Assembly (NCBI GenBank): GCA_964035545.1
Contig: OZ037765.1
Span: 16,058,995-16,122,994 of the forward strand
Length of the DNA stretch: 64,000 bases
Reading direction: 5' to 3'
DNA from: Bugula neritina
Taxonomy: Eukaryota; Animalia; Bryozoa
The first letter of the stretch is position 1. The number at the start of each line of letters is the position of its first letter. The notes beneath the pieces were generated by a model that saw only the letters and a program-made list of their open reading frames with translations, searched no databases and was not told the DNA's origin. Positions 23,601-38,600 of this stretch are shown piece by piece. The position numbers were made by a program, and so were the translations under genes.

Positions 23601-26600
23601 ACAACTATTGTAAAACTCTTGAGTTTTGTGGTAAGGAAAATAATTTCTTCAGTGACATTACCTCGTACAGCGGAGTGAACTTTGACATCTGTGAGGTAGC
23701 TAGCCAGAAAAGCAGTGGTAAGCCTACTATATATACTCTCTACTCTCCCGGCATCTAACTCTGAATCATTCTGAGTAATGTAGAATATCAAGTCACATCT
23801 GCCATCTCCTAGTTGACGACATTCTATAATCTACCATAGAAAGAGTACGCCATGTATAGTTAATTGCACAGGAAGTAGCGTTACTAAGAACAGAGCAAAG
23901 TTCTACTTTTTAGCTGCTGAAATGTCAAGGTTTATCTATGCTTGGCAAAGTAATGACATAAAATTATAGAGGTAAATAATCTACAGCAAGATAGCGTGTA
24001 ACTAAAAACTTATATGACCCTAATGTATTGTTAGCAACACAAGGTATCTGACATTGAGAACTATAAATACATTATATCCACACATGCACTCATTTATTAT
24101 ATCCATTAAGTGGATTAACTAACTGATGTTAACACAAATCTCTCCATACTTTAAATTAGCACAAACCTGTAACTTGAATGTTCTCTTTGATGCAAATCGT
24201 TTCTCTCTCAGGGCAAAAAGAGATCTTCTGCTTTTAGTCTCCAGAGCATTGATGAACATATTGAGCAGTTGTTTCTCTAAAGTAATAGTTACTTGGTCCA
24301 ATGTTTTAGTTGAGGGGCTTATGGCTACAAAGACATAAACATTGACAATAGTAATGTGTTTACCATTTTGTGAAGCTGTGATATCGGCTATTGAATCGAA
24401 GTTGGGACTATAGCAAGTCAGTATACAACATCTAGTACCACGCCTTAAAACATATATACTAATTTTAAACTGCTGCAGATATATTATATAGAACTAAAAA
24501 TAAAAACATGTATGCATTGTGTGCTCTCATAAAACAGCGGATGAAGAGGAACATACAGTATTTGTATATGAACAAGCTAGTAACTGCTGCTACAACATAC
24601 TTAATGCTATCCAATACTCTTCAGTAAAGGCTCCTTTTGGCAGAGTTTCATGCACTGAGGTGATTGGCGAAGTGGGCTGTCTGCAAAAACATTTTCACTA
24701 AATTGATCAAATCCAGCATGTTCTAGCTATAGAAAGTTCCTATATTCAATTACACACCTTTGGTAATTTAGTTGGTGCAGTGTTGAAACACTCAGTTGTC
24801 AGGTTTTACTGTGCAAGATGACCAATATAAAGACCCAACATAAAAATAAAACAGTATTGAAATGAGAAAAGTTGTACATAATAGCACCTACTCCTGAGAT
24901 GAAAGGTTTATAGGCTCAGGTATTCATCAGGGTAACAAAAAACAATGCTGACAATATGAACAACTGAAAACAGCTGTGGTAAGCTTTTGCAGCTTTATAG
25001 AAAATAATATAGAGAAAATTAGAATATTGTTGAAAATTTCAAACTGTAAAGTCTTCATACTTACATTTCCTTACTTTCAGATGTAGAATTATCAAATCCT
25101 AAAAGTAAAATAGACTGCAATTATAAATTAGTTTATATAATTTATACAATTTGCGGTTGAAAGATATTTACATAAAAGGTTTATGAGTTTACACATACTC
25201 GTAAAATTGAGCGTAGGGCCACACGACGCAGGATTCCTCGCACGAGTCTAAGTTGTGAGAAAACCCGTCCTGCAAACGACCTGCCACACACAATGCGTGT
25301 GTTGCGAGTGCAGATATTTATTAGCTAATGATCTTGGAGTTTAATTTTATTGCTCGCCTACAGACGTTTGTTTTTAAAACTACGTCATCAGCAAAGTGAC
25401 TTTAGATATTATAAAAGTGGAAATGCAAACTATATGAAACTGTTTTAATTCAGTTCGCTAAAAGCTAAAACGTGAATTAAAATAAAAAAAGTGTTCTCGC
25501 TGAATGATAATAAGCCAATTAAATAAAACACGCATGAGCTTGCCACACTTCTCGCTCAGCATGTTAGCTGTATGAAAATCTGCACAAAACGTCCTATTTT
25601 TAGGCTAGACAGGCTTTCTCGCACGTCCGGTGCAGGTCAATCGCGCCGTGTGGCCCTACACTAAGTATCTACGGCTGAACAAAAATCTACAAATTCCATT
25701 TATAAACATTAAATTTTTGAAAAGTACAATAAATGAGATGCCAAATTTAAAAACAGGATCTATGCAAGAATTGAAAGTCTGTTGACAAATTAGATGCTAT
25801 ACTGATGTTATGCAATTCTATTCTTTATTGACACTACACTTCAAAACTGACTAAGCACATTACTTCATTTACTTGCAAGTTTGACTGAAGTGGATCTTAG
25901 TGCTACATTGTCTATAACAAATGTCATTGCCTTATATTTTATAATAGATCGAAGAAAGAGGAAAGAAAGTAGATGAGGCAACAGATTGTAGTATGACAGT
26001 TTAGCTGTGCTGCAAATATCACTTGTGTAAGTTAGTTGCTGTGCTCTGCTATTTTATCAAATCCTATTGCAGAAGTTTTCCCCACACAGACAACCTATTT
26101 ATAATAATATATAAACTGAAATGTTGCCATACCTGCAACTCCAACAGTAGCTGAGTCACTAGAGTTTGGCAGCAAGGAACGGCGTTCAACTGTTCTGAAA
26201 CAGGTAAACAATATAAAAATTATGTTTTCAATACGCCAATTCAGATATTATGTATGATCACAACATTTGGCAATATTACTGCATTGATGGAGTATACTTT
26301 TAATTAATGAGAAAGACATACTTTGTACCAACAGAGTGCAAGTCTGTGGAGAAACTCAATGGTGTAGCAGCTTTAGGGGTTGTTCTAACAACAACCGGTG
26401 TCTTTCTGTTAGAACTTGACCGGGTTTTAGGAGCTTTAGTAGTAGTCGGTTTAGTGGAAGTGGTTGTTGTGATTGTGGTAGGCGTAGTTGTTGTAGATGT
26501 TGTTGTTGTGGGTGTGGTTGTTGTGGGTGTGGTTGTTGGGACTGTGGTTCTTGTTGGTGTGGCTGTTATGGGTGTGGTTGTTGAAGTTGTGGTGGGTGTG

Positions 26601-29600
26601 GTTGTAATAGCAAAAGATAATTTTCCTAATGTAGAGTACCCTTTGGGGTATGTAGAGTTATATTTTGTTTTACAACTTCCTAAAAAATGTCAAATCAGTG
26701 ATTTAATATCTACTAAATCTAAATGTACTAAAAATAACCACCGATGAAGCCACTAGACTGTACTTAATTGAGCTAATAGAGTATATCTCTGAGCAGAAAA
26801 GCTGCAGGTGCAACTTGGTTCTCAAAACAAAACTAGCATATTTTTCATCGCGTTTTATGAGAATGAATTGATTATGACATGTTCACCATAACAGCTGTTC
26901 ACCATAACAGCTTAGAGTCAGAGTGATATAACACAGGTATATGTTGAATACTGACCAGCTTCAAAGCTGTAACTCTCATACATGGCAGCTCCATATATGT
27001 GTAGTAGGAAAGTCATGTAAGGATTTCTATGATAAAGACTGTATGTGCCGGAGACAAGGTTTATAGTAGCCGTTACAATAGTAGGAGATGTACCTGCAAT
27101 AACAACAGAATTTGAGTAGCGGTCAACTTGCGCATTTTTCCATCAAATAAATGCATAGCTGATAAAAAACATATAATATTGGGATGTTGCAGAGATGAAC
27201 ATAAGCATATTGTAACTTTTACAGATATTTAGAACTGATGTTTAGTTTGGAATATAAATCACAGAATAGCAATATGTTAAGAGATGTGGTAGTTTAAAAT
27301 CAAACTGCAGCAACCATGACTTATAATTAATTATAACTAAAATATGCCAAGACACCAATTTGGCCTATAAATAGCTCATATAGTGTATCTACAAGTATAG
27401 TACAAAAGTGAGTAGAAATATTGCCACATACCTAAAACCGGGTACCAAATTGTCTTGGCTGAAAGAACTTCACCATTCAACAGCAACCCTTCATACTCTG
27501 GACTGTCTATGGCAATTCTTACATGATGGGTTATCCTGCCACTCGAAGGCAAACTGAATCTGTATCTAATTTGTAATAAATACATATTATGTTGATGGGC
27601 ATCTGAGAAAGTCTAGTTAACAGAAAACTCAGACAAAATAAATTTATAACTCACAGTCGATGGCACTGCTTTGTGAATTGTTTCAGAGACGAAGCTTTGT
27701 ACACTAATAAGCTCTACTATTGGTAAACTTATTGAACATTTCAAGTTTGCAACCAGTTAAATTACATTGTCTAAATCAGATTTTAGTTACAGGCATTTTA
27801 GATAAAATTAAAAACTGCGACTTTAAGAAAATACAGTTGGATACTTTTCAACGTATATGCAATACACGACATAAAACATTAAAGGCTTCATTAGTCATTC
27901 TTATTCTGAGGATAGCAACACTTAGCATTAGAATATAATGCTCTTAACTGGCAAGTAAAGTTATTTCTGAAGTATCAAGATCTTGTCCTGCAGCCTGCTT
28001 GCTTACCTTTCAAAAAGTTCCACCACAATTTATATAAATCAACACTTTTGAAAACTTTGCTTATGTTTCATTGCATGACACAGGTAATGAAATTAGTTGA
28101 AAAGTTGTAACTATTAGAAAAATAACATTGGTTGGTTGGTGGTTGGTTAAGCAGAAATACTTTTCTTCAGCACATCACCAATTAATAAGTCAATGCAATT
28201 GAACAGAAATTTATACATGTAAATACTTTACAGAACATTACAGCAGTAACTTATGGTTATTATTGAGCGGACAAAAAAACGGTTTTTTTGCTGAATAAAT
28301 TGTTTGTTCACATTGTTTTCTTCTAGAGTGTTTCATTTATTATTAGCAGAAATTTTTCTTGTATGCTTAAGTCTCAAAAAAGAACCTGCATCAGCCTTAC
28401 ATAAAATACTACATTTTTTTATAAAAATTTCTGCAAGGTATGCGAATATTGCCAGTCATGACAAATTTTTCTGTTCGTTTTTCCAAGTGGTGGAAAATTA
28501 TTATTTTACATTGTCAAAACCTTATGCTGCATACTGCAATAAAAGATCATAGTGTTCACCGTAAAGCAATAACAATGTTACTTAAGACGCTATAGCTCAT
28601 TTTCAAACACTGCAACTCAAAAACTAAGCTGCATTTACCACAATCAGAATCATTAATAGACTACACTTTATTTTCTATTTGAAAAAAAAACATATTAGTT
28701 TTCATCATTGCAAATGGGATGAAATAATAGTGCAGTTTTGAAATTGATTAAACCAGAGTAGCCTTTAGAATATATTCAATAATAAATTAAACTCACATGC
28801 TTTGATATGCAGACATTGGAGGTACCAAGGACATACTCGGGTCACCTAGTGTATTTAGCCCTTGAGAGCTGCCACTGTACGAAAAGATGGTGACGACTAT
28901 TGGCTTGCTTGAAAACAGGAAATGTCCTGAAACACACCAAATAAATTACGCCCAGTCATAAGTCCAGTTGTAGCAATTCAAACTAGCTACAGTAAACTTG
29001 CTAGTCTAACAAGAGTAAAATAGGTTTATTGCAAGGAGGGGGGGGGGGCACATATTTTTGATTTAGCAATTGTTTGACACGAATAATACACCAGGGCTTG
29101 TCCACAGTAGAGTATTACTCTTAGAGTCTAAATTCTAATGAACGGTGAGAAGATGAAAAATGGTGCACTATTCAATTGGAGTAACAACTAAAAATATGAA
29201 AAATACAGCCTCAGTAGAGAAGTGTAAATATGGTCAACATAAAAATAAAAAAAATAAAACACCTATTCAAGCAAAAATAAAGTATACCCATGACTGTGAT
29301 ATTTTCCTGATCACAATAGGCTTTTTAGCACGTCATTTATAAATTGCTAAACTCAATCCTAAAAATTCTTCAAAAGTCAAATGGAGAATTTACTATCTAC
29401 TAAAGGTATCAAACCAACTACCATCTAGTAACATGAGTCCAACTAGTTGCCAATAAACTAATAGGTATCTTTATAGAGTTATGGCATTTGTTCAGGTGTC
29501 TCACCTTCACCATACTCTGTACCGTCAGTCACTGACCAGCTTAAAGTGTGTGATTCTCCAGCATGGTGTAAGATGATATCCTGATCTTTACTTGGATAGT

Positions 29601-32600
29601 ATACAATGGTGTTATTTTCTGTAGCTACAATTACACTATACAGTATATAGATGTTGAGTGAGTCATCAGAAAAGTTTTAATAGAACACAGCAAATTTGTT
29701 TCAAAAATTGTTAGTTTTTGATTTGAATGAATGTAACTAATAAATTTGTTTTCAAACTCATAATTTTGAAAAATTAATGTTTTAATGCTACAGATGCTTC
29801 TGAAAATGATAGAATGATCTACCCCAGTATGCTTACCCAGGATTTTGGCTATAGTGCCTGCTGAATGAGAGCTAGTGTAAGGGATAACAACAAAGCTACG
29901 CCCATTGTACTCCTCAGGCAGCAGTTGCATAGACAGGTGGTCCCGAGATAGGCCTCGTATATTGGTGCAAATATTTCCACTATATAGGGCCACAGGCTTG
30001 TCAGAACATACTGTGGTGCCCGTCAAATCCTGCAAGCTCTGCAAAATAGCAAAGAAACATTGATATTTTAAAAATAATAGTTAAATTATGTTGTGGTGAA
30101 ATAATATTTTTATAAATAATCTATTAGACTATAACTAAAGAGATAGATTAGAAGTTTAAACAATTTTAATGGATTGCACCGAGACATATCATAACTCTTA
30201 TATTCGAGCATAAAATAGAAATGTTTACTTGAATCTGCAATGCTTCATACTGTCTCAAGACAATGTCCATGCTGCCTGTGTAGACACGCCCATTCAGCCT
30301 CACAGTTATAGACTTGTCCTGCAGAAATTGAATCTTTATTCTGGTGTTGCCCTGCGTAGCTACGACAGCAAACTGTGACTGTACGGTGGAAGGCCAGTAG
30401 GTTATGATGTGATAGACCAAGCCCAAATTGAATACAGGCAGCACTGTATAGCTATCTTGAGACATTTGTTCCTGGTTATACGCTGTCACAGTTATATCAG
30501 AGCTGGAGGCTATTCTGGCAACATTAAATAATGAAACATACAAATAAAATCATCAATAATGATATTGCACACAATGCTCATATTATGAAAGTAGGTTGAA
30601 TACTGGGAATAAAGGAATTTATATTTGATATATTGCCTACAAAACCCTCTTTTTTAAATGAAGCCTAATAATAAGTGAACCAAAATTGTTAGTTTGAATG
30701 TGCAATAATGCCATAAATTATATAATATATAGCACGAAAACACAAAGAATAAACATAGTAATTATACTCTGCTGCAAATAGGTGACTTACCTGATTGTTT
30801 TGTAAGATTGTTCAACTCCCTTCAACATTAGACTAGCAGGTAGCAAAACAGTTGCTGATCTGTTGGGGTAAACCACAACCTGCTTATTAAAACTGTCCGA
30901 TAGTGGAGTTTCTAGTACTACCCGTGCTACTGTATCTCCACAAGTGACCAAGACAACTGTTGTGTAAAATTAAATAACATAACAAAGTGCTCTAAATGTA
31001 GGCCTTAGTTGTTTGGTTATGTTCAGTTAGTTATATACATCTAGTTGTTATAATGCTCTGTGCTAATTTCAGAGCATTCTGTGATAAGCTTTAAGCCACA
31101 TTTTTCTACACATTGAGGCAGCCCTACCAAAAAGAGTTGATATTAGAATATTTTAGGCATTCCCTTTTAACATATTTTAGAGCTTCTTAAATAAAAAGCA
31201 TAATAAAGCACATTTTTAGTTCTTGGTGCTGAACTATTTTAGGTATGGTGCGGAGGATAACGCATACTTTAGTTTTAATTAGCAACAAAAATGAAAATTA
31301 TGTTTTCTACTTCAAAATTTTCACAAAATGTCACCAAAACCTATTTGCAAAAAAAATTACCTTCACATATCAAAGTTCTGGCAACAATTTGACCTACGGT
31401 TTAATATTCCCATAGGTATATTATATAGCGATAATACAAACTCATATTATAACTATAAGTAATTACAGAAAATACATTTATACTGATGTTGATGGTAATC
31501 GGGATAAATAATAAGTGTAACTTCTGAGGAATAGCAAAATCACTCTCCCTTAAATAGCACATCTGTGACCAAATCAAGAGACATTTATGAATACATTTTA
31601 ACTAATGTATTTACACCCACCAAAGCTGATGCACGCATAGTACCTTTTAACATGGGATAGTCTGGCTTTCTACTTCCCTCCACATAATTCTCCATAAAGA
31701 CAAGCACAAACTCTTTCCCACTGCTTGTCCTTGTGAGCATTGGGCTATAATCTTGGCCATAAACTAAATATATGAAATCGTAGAACAACAAACATTGCCA
31801 GAAAATATTATAACACAATAACAATAAACATACAAAAGCAAATAATATATAAGCCTAAAATATTGCCTCATCAACAAATGTTACACATTTTGACAAAAGG
31901 GAAAACCTGATTCAATATGCATCTAGTATATACCTTCAGCTTTCTTATATATTACTAAGGACAAGGCGACTGCAAGCTCTTGAATATCGTAACTTAACAT
32001 CATATTGACCAATGAGATGGCCCTAATTGGTTGGCGACTTTTAATAGCATAATATATGACTTCTGTAAGACTGGTGGAGCTATTGAGTCGAGACACTTGT
32101 ACAACCTACAACCACAGATAGTAACTAGTGTACAATTAACACCCATGAGATAAAAATAGAACTTATTGCTAATCTAAATATACAAATAGTGGCAACAATA
32201 TTTACAATTTTAGTGTTTATCTTCAAAAAATAAATATACAGTGCATAGGTAAACAGCCAGAAAGTTCTTTATAAATTCAACATACCTTGGTACAAATGTC
32301 ACTAGGTATGTCAAACTGGCTGCGTTTACGCCTCTTTGCTTCAGTTGGTTTATACGAAGGTCTTTCTTTGATCAGTTTTTGAGAGAAGGCATCTTTCAAA
32401 AGTGAAGTAAGCTTCTTCTCTAATTGGGATACAAACTCTGCATTTGATACCGAAATTTCCAGAGGTACCTTCACAACTGCAATACAACATATGAACATAT
32501 AAAATATATTACTCCAGTTAAAGCAGTTTTTATTCTATAAAATGTTACTTATTTCTTACAGACGCAAACTGAAGAAAAATTTTTAAGTAGAGCTTTAATC

Positions 32601-35600
32601 AAGTTTTAGATTAGAAATACTGAAGAAAGTTAATGGAAGCTAAAAATAAACTCACCAGTTTTAACCCAATATCTTTTACTCTGCATGCCATAGTGGTGAC
32701 GACTCTCACATGATGAGTTGCTGGGTTGAGTGACAGAAACTTGAACGCTGACTGCCGCAGTAGAGGGTTTAATAGTTTTAGTGTTTCCGCCATTTTCAAT
32801 ATAAACTACAAGACACGGTGTACATCAATACGAGCAGCTTCATAATATGTCAGTATAATGAAATCTTATGCATACACTTATGTTTATAAAATACTTCAAT
32901 GCATTTTACACTCAACAGTAAAAATACTTCAATAGCACTATAAAACTTACAGGCATGTGTTTTAAAAAAAAACTATTAGAACAATACCTAATACGCTGGT
33001 CAATTGAGAAACATGTTATTACAGTACCGTTTTGTAAAATTCTAAAAACTAGAAGAAGCACATGATGCTATGGGTGCAAAACACTCAAAAACCACTTGTT
33101 GTCCACTCAACAATTTTTTGGTTTTCAATAATTGCAGAAATAAAACTTTGCAATGCAAAAATTTAGAGTTAAGTTAAGTCATGGTACTAAAAAAATCTCC
33201 TAAAAATGGGCAACTTCAAATAAAGGCTATTAAAAAAGACAAGTGAAATTATGTAATAGCATGCTGTATTTATCGTTGGAATCATTATAATTTATTTCTA
33301 ATAATTATTAGCAACTAGGTTACCATTCTACTTATTATATATTTGTAGAAATTATAGCACTATATTACTATAACTATTTTATTAGCTCTCTTTTTTTATT
33401 TTAGTTTTAACTTGCAAGTTGAAGTTAGAGTTGTTATGAGTTGGCATGTTGTATGTTGTTATATTGGATTTACATTACAATAGTTTGTATTGGTAAAACA
33501 ACTCCTTATGCGTGCTTTATTGCCACAAACTAATTTTTCTAATGGCAAAAATGGTAATAAAAATATAAGCATATAACGAGTATAACAATTTGTAAGATTG
33601 CTGAACAAGTAAATTGACCACATTATATGTGTGCATGTAACATTTAGGTTTAGCCTTGGTTAGCAATCATATTAACTATTCTCATTAAAACACTGTTGTA
33701 CGATTAGGATTAAACTAACTTATCTGAAATATTAGGCAATTATGTAGCTAAACCTTCAGAAGTTATAAAAAAATAGCAGCGAATCTACTAAAACTTTCAT
33801 TAGTTAAGCAAATCATATTAGGCCTAAGTACTTTTTTTAACAAGTTCTGCAAGTCAAGGAACTTTTATTTAAGTTAGCAAAAACTTGCACCAACTTCTAC
33901 AAGACATTTTATAAGGTTGGAATGCATTTGAATTCTGTTTTACAACTTTTTTTCTGTACGACTGGAACACTTTAAACTGTTATATGAATTGACAAAACTG
34001 TATAGTATGTAGATATGCTTTCATTACTAGTAATATACATTATGATTATTAAACTGTTGATATATAATTTTATGATAAAAAACTTCTTTATATAAAACAT
34101 TATTTCGTATCGAAATTACCAAACTTGAAAAACATGTACTAAATTTTGTCTGAAGCATACTTGAAAGTGATTTATTTTGGAATTGTGGGCCATGGGAACA
34201 AGCCGCACTAGCAGCTCACTGATTGCAAGAGCTCCGAGTCAAAATTCAAACTGAAATTTAGCAATTCAAGTTCAACAGAATTGTCATTCTTCTACACAAT
34301 TTTTTTGCGTAAAAGAAGTGTGCAATATTTGAAGACCGTACAGATACACAAGTTAGGAAAGAGATAAATGTACGTATTACCCTGACACACTAGAGGAACA
34401 TCAATCACTTCTTTAAGCAGAACTGACAAAATATCTACATCTGCAGACTTCAATAACTTAACCATCCTTGTAGGTTCAACAAAAGTCTCATCTTTCTTCA
34501 CAACTAGAACCAATCGTACTGAGGAAGACGGCTCAACTCGGTCAGCCATCAACAACTACAAATTTGCAAATGAACTTTACTACATGACTTAACAATAAGA
34601 CCATAGCTATGTGTTTACAAGGCTAGTTAGTCTATATCCTAGATATCCTGTAACATTGCATACATGTTTCACAAAATCGTCATTTATGATTTTCACTGAT
34701 CAAGCAAATATGATCCACATATCTTAAAACAATACGGAAATTACAAAATTTAAAATTGTAAGCTCACTTTACAAGTCAAGGATCCAGAAGCATGAGCAGT
34801 ATGCGGCCTTCCATTCCCAGATGTGTTTGTAGTAGCCACGTTCTCCAAGCCAAACACATAGACCATCATCTTTGTTAATCTTTCTTCCAAACTTTTCCAT
34901 GTTAATATATTATCCAGTTGCACAGTTGGCAGCATTTTTACAACTAGAGATCAGGGAACAAACCAATCACACTAGTAAACCATTGAAGATTTTATCACAT
35001 TTAGAGTAGGGCCACACGACATGAGTTATCCCGAGCGGGCAAGATGTGGGAACCCATTCAGCCCAAAAATTGGCAGTTGCGTGCGGATTTTCATGCGTGT
35101 AGCATGCTGAGCGAGAAGTGCAGAACGCTCAGGCGGGTTTGGTATAATTGGCTGATTACCATTTAGCAAGTACACTTTTTTTATTTCAATTTATATTTTA
35201 ATTTTCAAAGAACTGAATTAAAACAGTTTCATATAGTTTGCATTTCCGATTTTATAATATCTAAAGTCACTTTGCTCATGACGTAGATTTAAAAACAAAC
35301 TTCTGTAGGCGAGCAGTAAAGTTAAACTCCAAAATCATTAGCTAATAAATTTTCGAACCCACAACAAGGGCATTGTGTGTGGCAGGTCGTTCCGGGACGG
35401 GTTTTCAAAAATTTGAACTTGAGCAGAGTAACCCGAGCCGTGTGGCCCTACGCTTAGAGTCTATTTCATGATTTCTCCCCCCCCCCCCCTTAGCACATAA
35501 CAGAGAACCATGGCCTACACCTTTGTAACAAAAGAAAAATTTATGTTTCTACTAAAGCATATCTAAAAAGTGTGTAAACTCAAGCCAGAAGGCTCAAGTA

Positions 35601-38600
35601 ACTCTAGGAGTTACAAGCTATGCACAATATAATATATATAGCATAACAGAACCAAAACAATTCATGATGTTATAAGATTACATGAAAGTGTATAACTTAC
35701 TGATAAAGAAAGCATATTGATACTCTACTTTACTTTTCTGTACACTTTGATTGTAGGCTAAAATAGTAAAGAAATATTATAGCCCACAACATACGTACAA
35801 TAGCACTACAGAAGGCACATTTGACAAAGGAACTTTGATGAGCAGAGAGCATACAGTTTATATTGTTGCATGTGGCAAAGTCTAGATATTGAATAGAATA
35901 TGAGGGCTGGCTGTAGAAGGCACTGAAAATGTCTACTGATATATTTTCAAACATTTTCAATAGAAAGTTACATAAACCAGCTTCAATGTATGATCGAAAG
36001 TCTGAAGATTTCAGTTTATTGGTACAAATAATATCAAATTCCCAATTTTAGCTACTTATAATAAATTTTAGTGCAAATTTTATGAAAGTAAATCAAGCCA
36101 ATTTTCCGTATGTTTTGCTGCAAAATGCAAGCAACAAAACTCTTTGAAGAAATAGAGTTTTATAAAAACAACAATTTTCACTTTTTTACTAACCCTGAAA
36201 AAATGTATACATTTTCTAGAATACCAACAATAATAAGATATTTGCATTGGGCAGAAATCTTAACAACAACAAAACTTGCACTTCTTTTGTAAAGAGATGT
36301 AAAAACAATGGAGTTTGCATTACATGCTATTTATCACCTAAAACTGGCATCCATTTCAATCTTTGAGCAGCTACTTTAATGCTTTTAAACAATATTGGCT
36401 CTTTTGGCTTTTCCTATGTGATTTTAGACATTTCAAACAGCTGCTCACAACAAGAGCTATCTGCCATGTGTAGTATTTCTGTGATAAAACAACTACTAGC
36501 AACTTACGCACATTTGAACAGTATTTTGTATGCTATAGCACATATGTTTTAGTAATATTTGAATGCAGGTATTACTACTATATTGTCAATGCAAGTGTTA
36601 TTGTTATGAAATTGTATAATAAAAATGTAGCAAAATTATAAAAATCATATACATACGTGCTGCTCGGATAATGGCAGACTCCAAGGTAATCCTATTGAAC
36701 TGTTCTGCAGAGAGATTGTTAAGTAGAGAACTGATAGCGACTGAGGAGTAGCAGTAACCATCTGATGCAGCATAATAGACTACTTCAATGCTGCTGTTGG
36801 AAGGCAACCTCCTCATGTCTCTTATCTTTGTAATTATAATAACTGAGTATATGAAGTGATTAAATTTAAATATGCTAGTGTATTGTTAACAACACTAGGC
36901 AGTTAAGGCAACACCTTATAACAGGGCAAAGACAACTCCTAAGAGACATAATATCTCAGTTACCCATATTACAGACAATTTACTAATGGCACGTCTAAAG
37001 CATACACAGCTATTGTATACCACGCAGGTTTATAAAAGTACCAGCACTGCACTCAAATATCCAGTACAAAAATGGTGTTCCTTGTTAAGCTCAGTTTTTT
37101 ATTGCTAGTAAAGAAGCATTTGCTTTACATTTAGACAATACGTATTTTGGCTAAAACCAATTTATACTAATTAGAAAACAGTTTTTTACGTTGTTAAAAT
37201 ATGGTAGCCGCAGCAGCAGCGTAAAAACATGAGTGGTGAGTAACCCAGAGGTAGATCTCACCACAACAGAAGTGTTTTGATATGTAGAAGAAGCATATAC
37301 GGTGTCAGTGGAAGAGAAGTTTCTATTCACAAGCATTTTCTCTCTAATATATAGAGCTGTCTGTACAGCAAGAGCTAGTCTAGATGACAGAGAAGCTTTG
37401 CTGTGGGAAAGATGCTGACTTTGACTGCCATTGAACACTAAACAAATAAACAGTGTAATAGTTCATAAACAGCTACAACATCACAAATTGTTAGACAATC
37501 ACTACAATTTAAAACAGGTACAAAATAATGAACTTTCTAGAATGTTAGTTTATTTCTTTTTTATGTAAATAAATAAAAATTAAAAAAAAATTTAAACTAC
37601 TTTGATGCCCTACATTTATGAAAACAGGTTTTGATTTGCATGGCAGTAGTCTGTGGCAATTTTATTCTCTCAAGTATAGTTTACCTGATTTTAAAAGACA
37701 CAGCTGGTGACCAATATCAGAATCAGCCACAACAGAGGGATGCTTAACAACCTTATATCCAAGTGCAATGGCTAGCTCCATGGGGCTTAAGAGTGAGTAC
37801 AGAGAGCAGACAACTTTGGGATCTTGTTGGCGGTGATCATAACGTACAGAGAAGAATATTCGAACCACTTGAATATCTATACTGTACAACCTCTCCACTC
37901 TATCCAACTATTAATTGTATAAGTAAATGCACCAATATCTGATATATTTACATGTGAAAATATATACATATCTTATGAACAGAAGGAATCAAATTTAATA
38001 GCATCTATTTTTAAAACAATGTATAACAACTCAATAACTGTTTTGAAGAACGAAGACAATTTTCCAACAGGTATTAAAAACCTATATGTACAGAAACTAC
38101 ATCTATCACCGTATTACTAATAAACTATCCTATATATTTATACACATTATATTAGAAATAAATGCACTTTCTAACTGTTATGATTTCTATACTTTTATAC
38201 TAAAGTTCTGCTATTTTCCAAAATATAATGACACAAAGTATTATACCTAAAAACATAGGCAATTACACACCTGCACAGTCCAGCTGCCAGAGTGCTGAAT
38301 GTTATACTCTCTCTTTTTTCGTCGCCTGACAAGTGTCTTGCATTCCGGCCGAAGGTTATTCTTGCGACAGTATGCATGATCTGCAGCCAGTATTAAACGC
38401 TGGCCAATGTCGCCTTTAAACTCACTACTGTCTATAGAGATGTGGGCTGGGACACTTATTTCTAAAAATAACATCCAAACTTATCTATAATATTGTAGAG
38501 TCAAATATAAATTTGGCTACTAAATTACAATTGATAAATTTAGTTGTGATGGCTGGCAAATGTTTAACAAATATTTAGGCTGCTAATGTTCACACAAAAA

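Noticed and set aside
26307-26747. 146-aa Val-rich + strand ORF resembling a membrane protein
   Set aside because: It is the antisense shadow of the Thr-rich (ACN) exon on the minus strand.
35730-35960. Cys-containing minus-strand ORF as an additional exon
   Set aside because: The flanking exons (36657 donor and 34944 acceptor) are already phase-compatible, and the required frame here has a stop.
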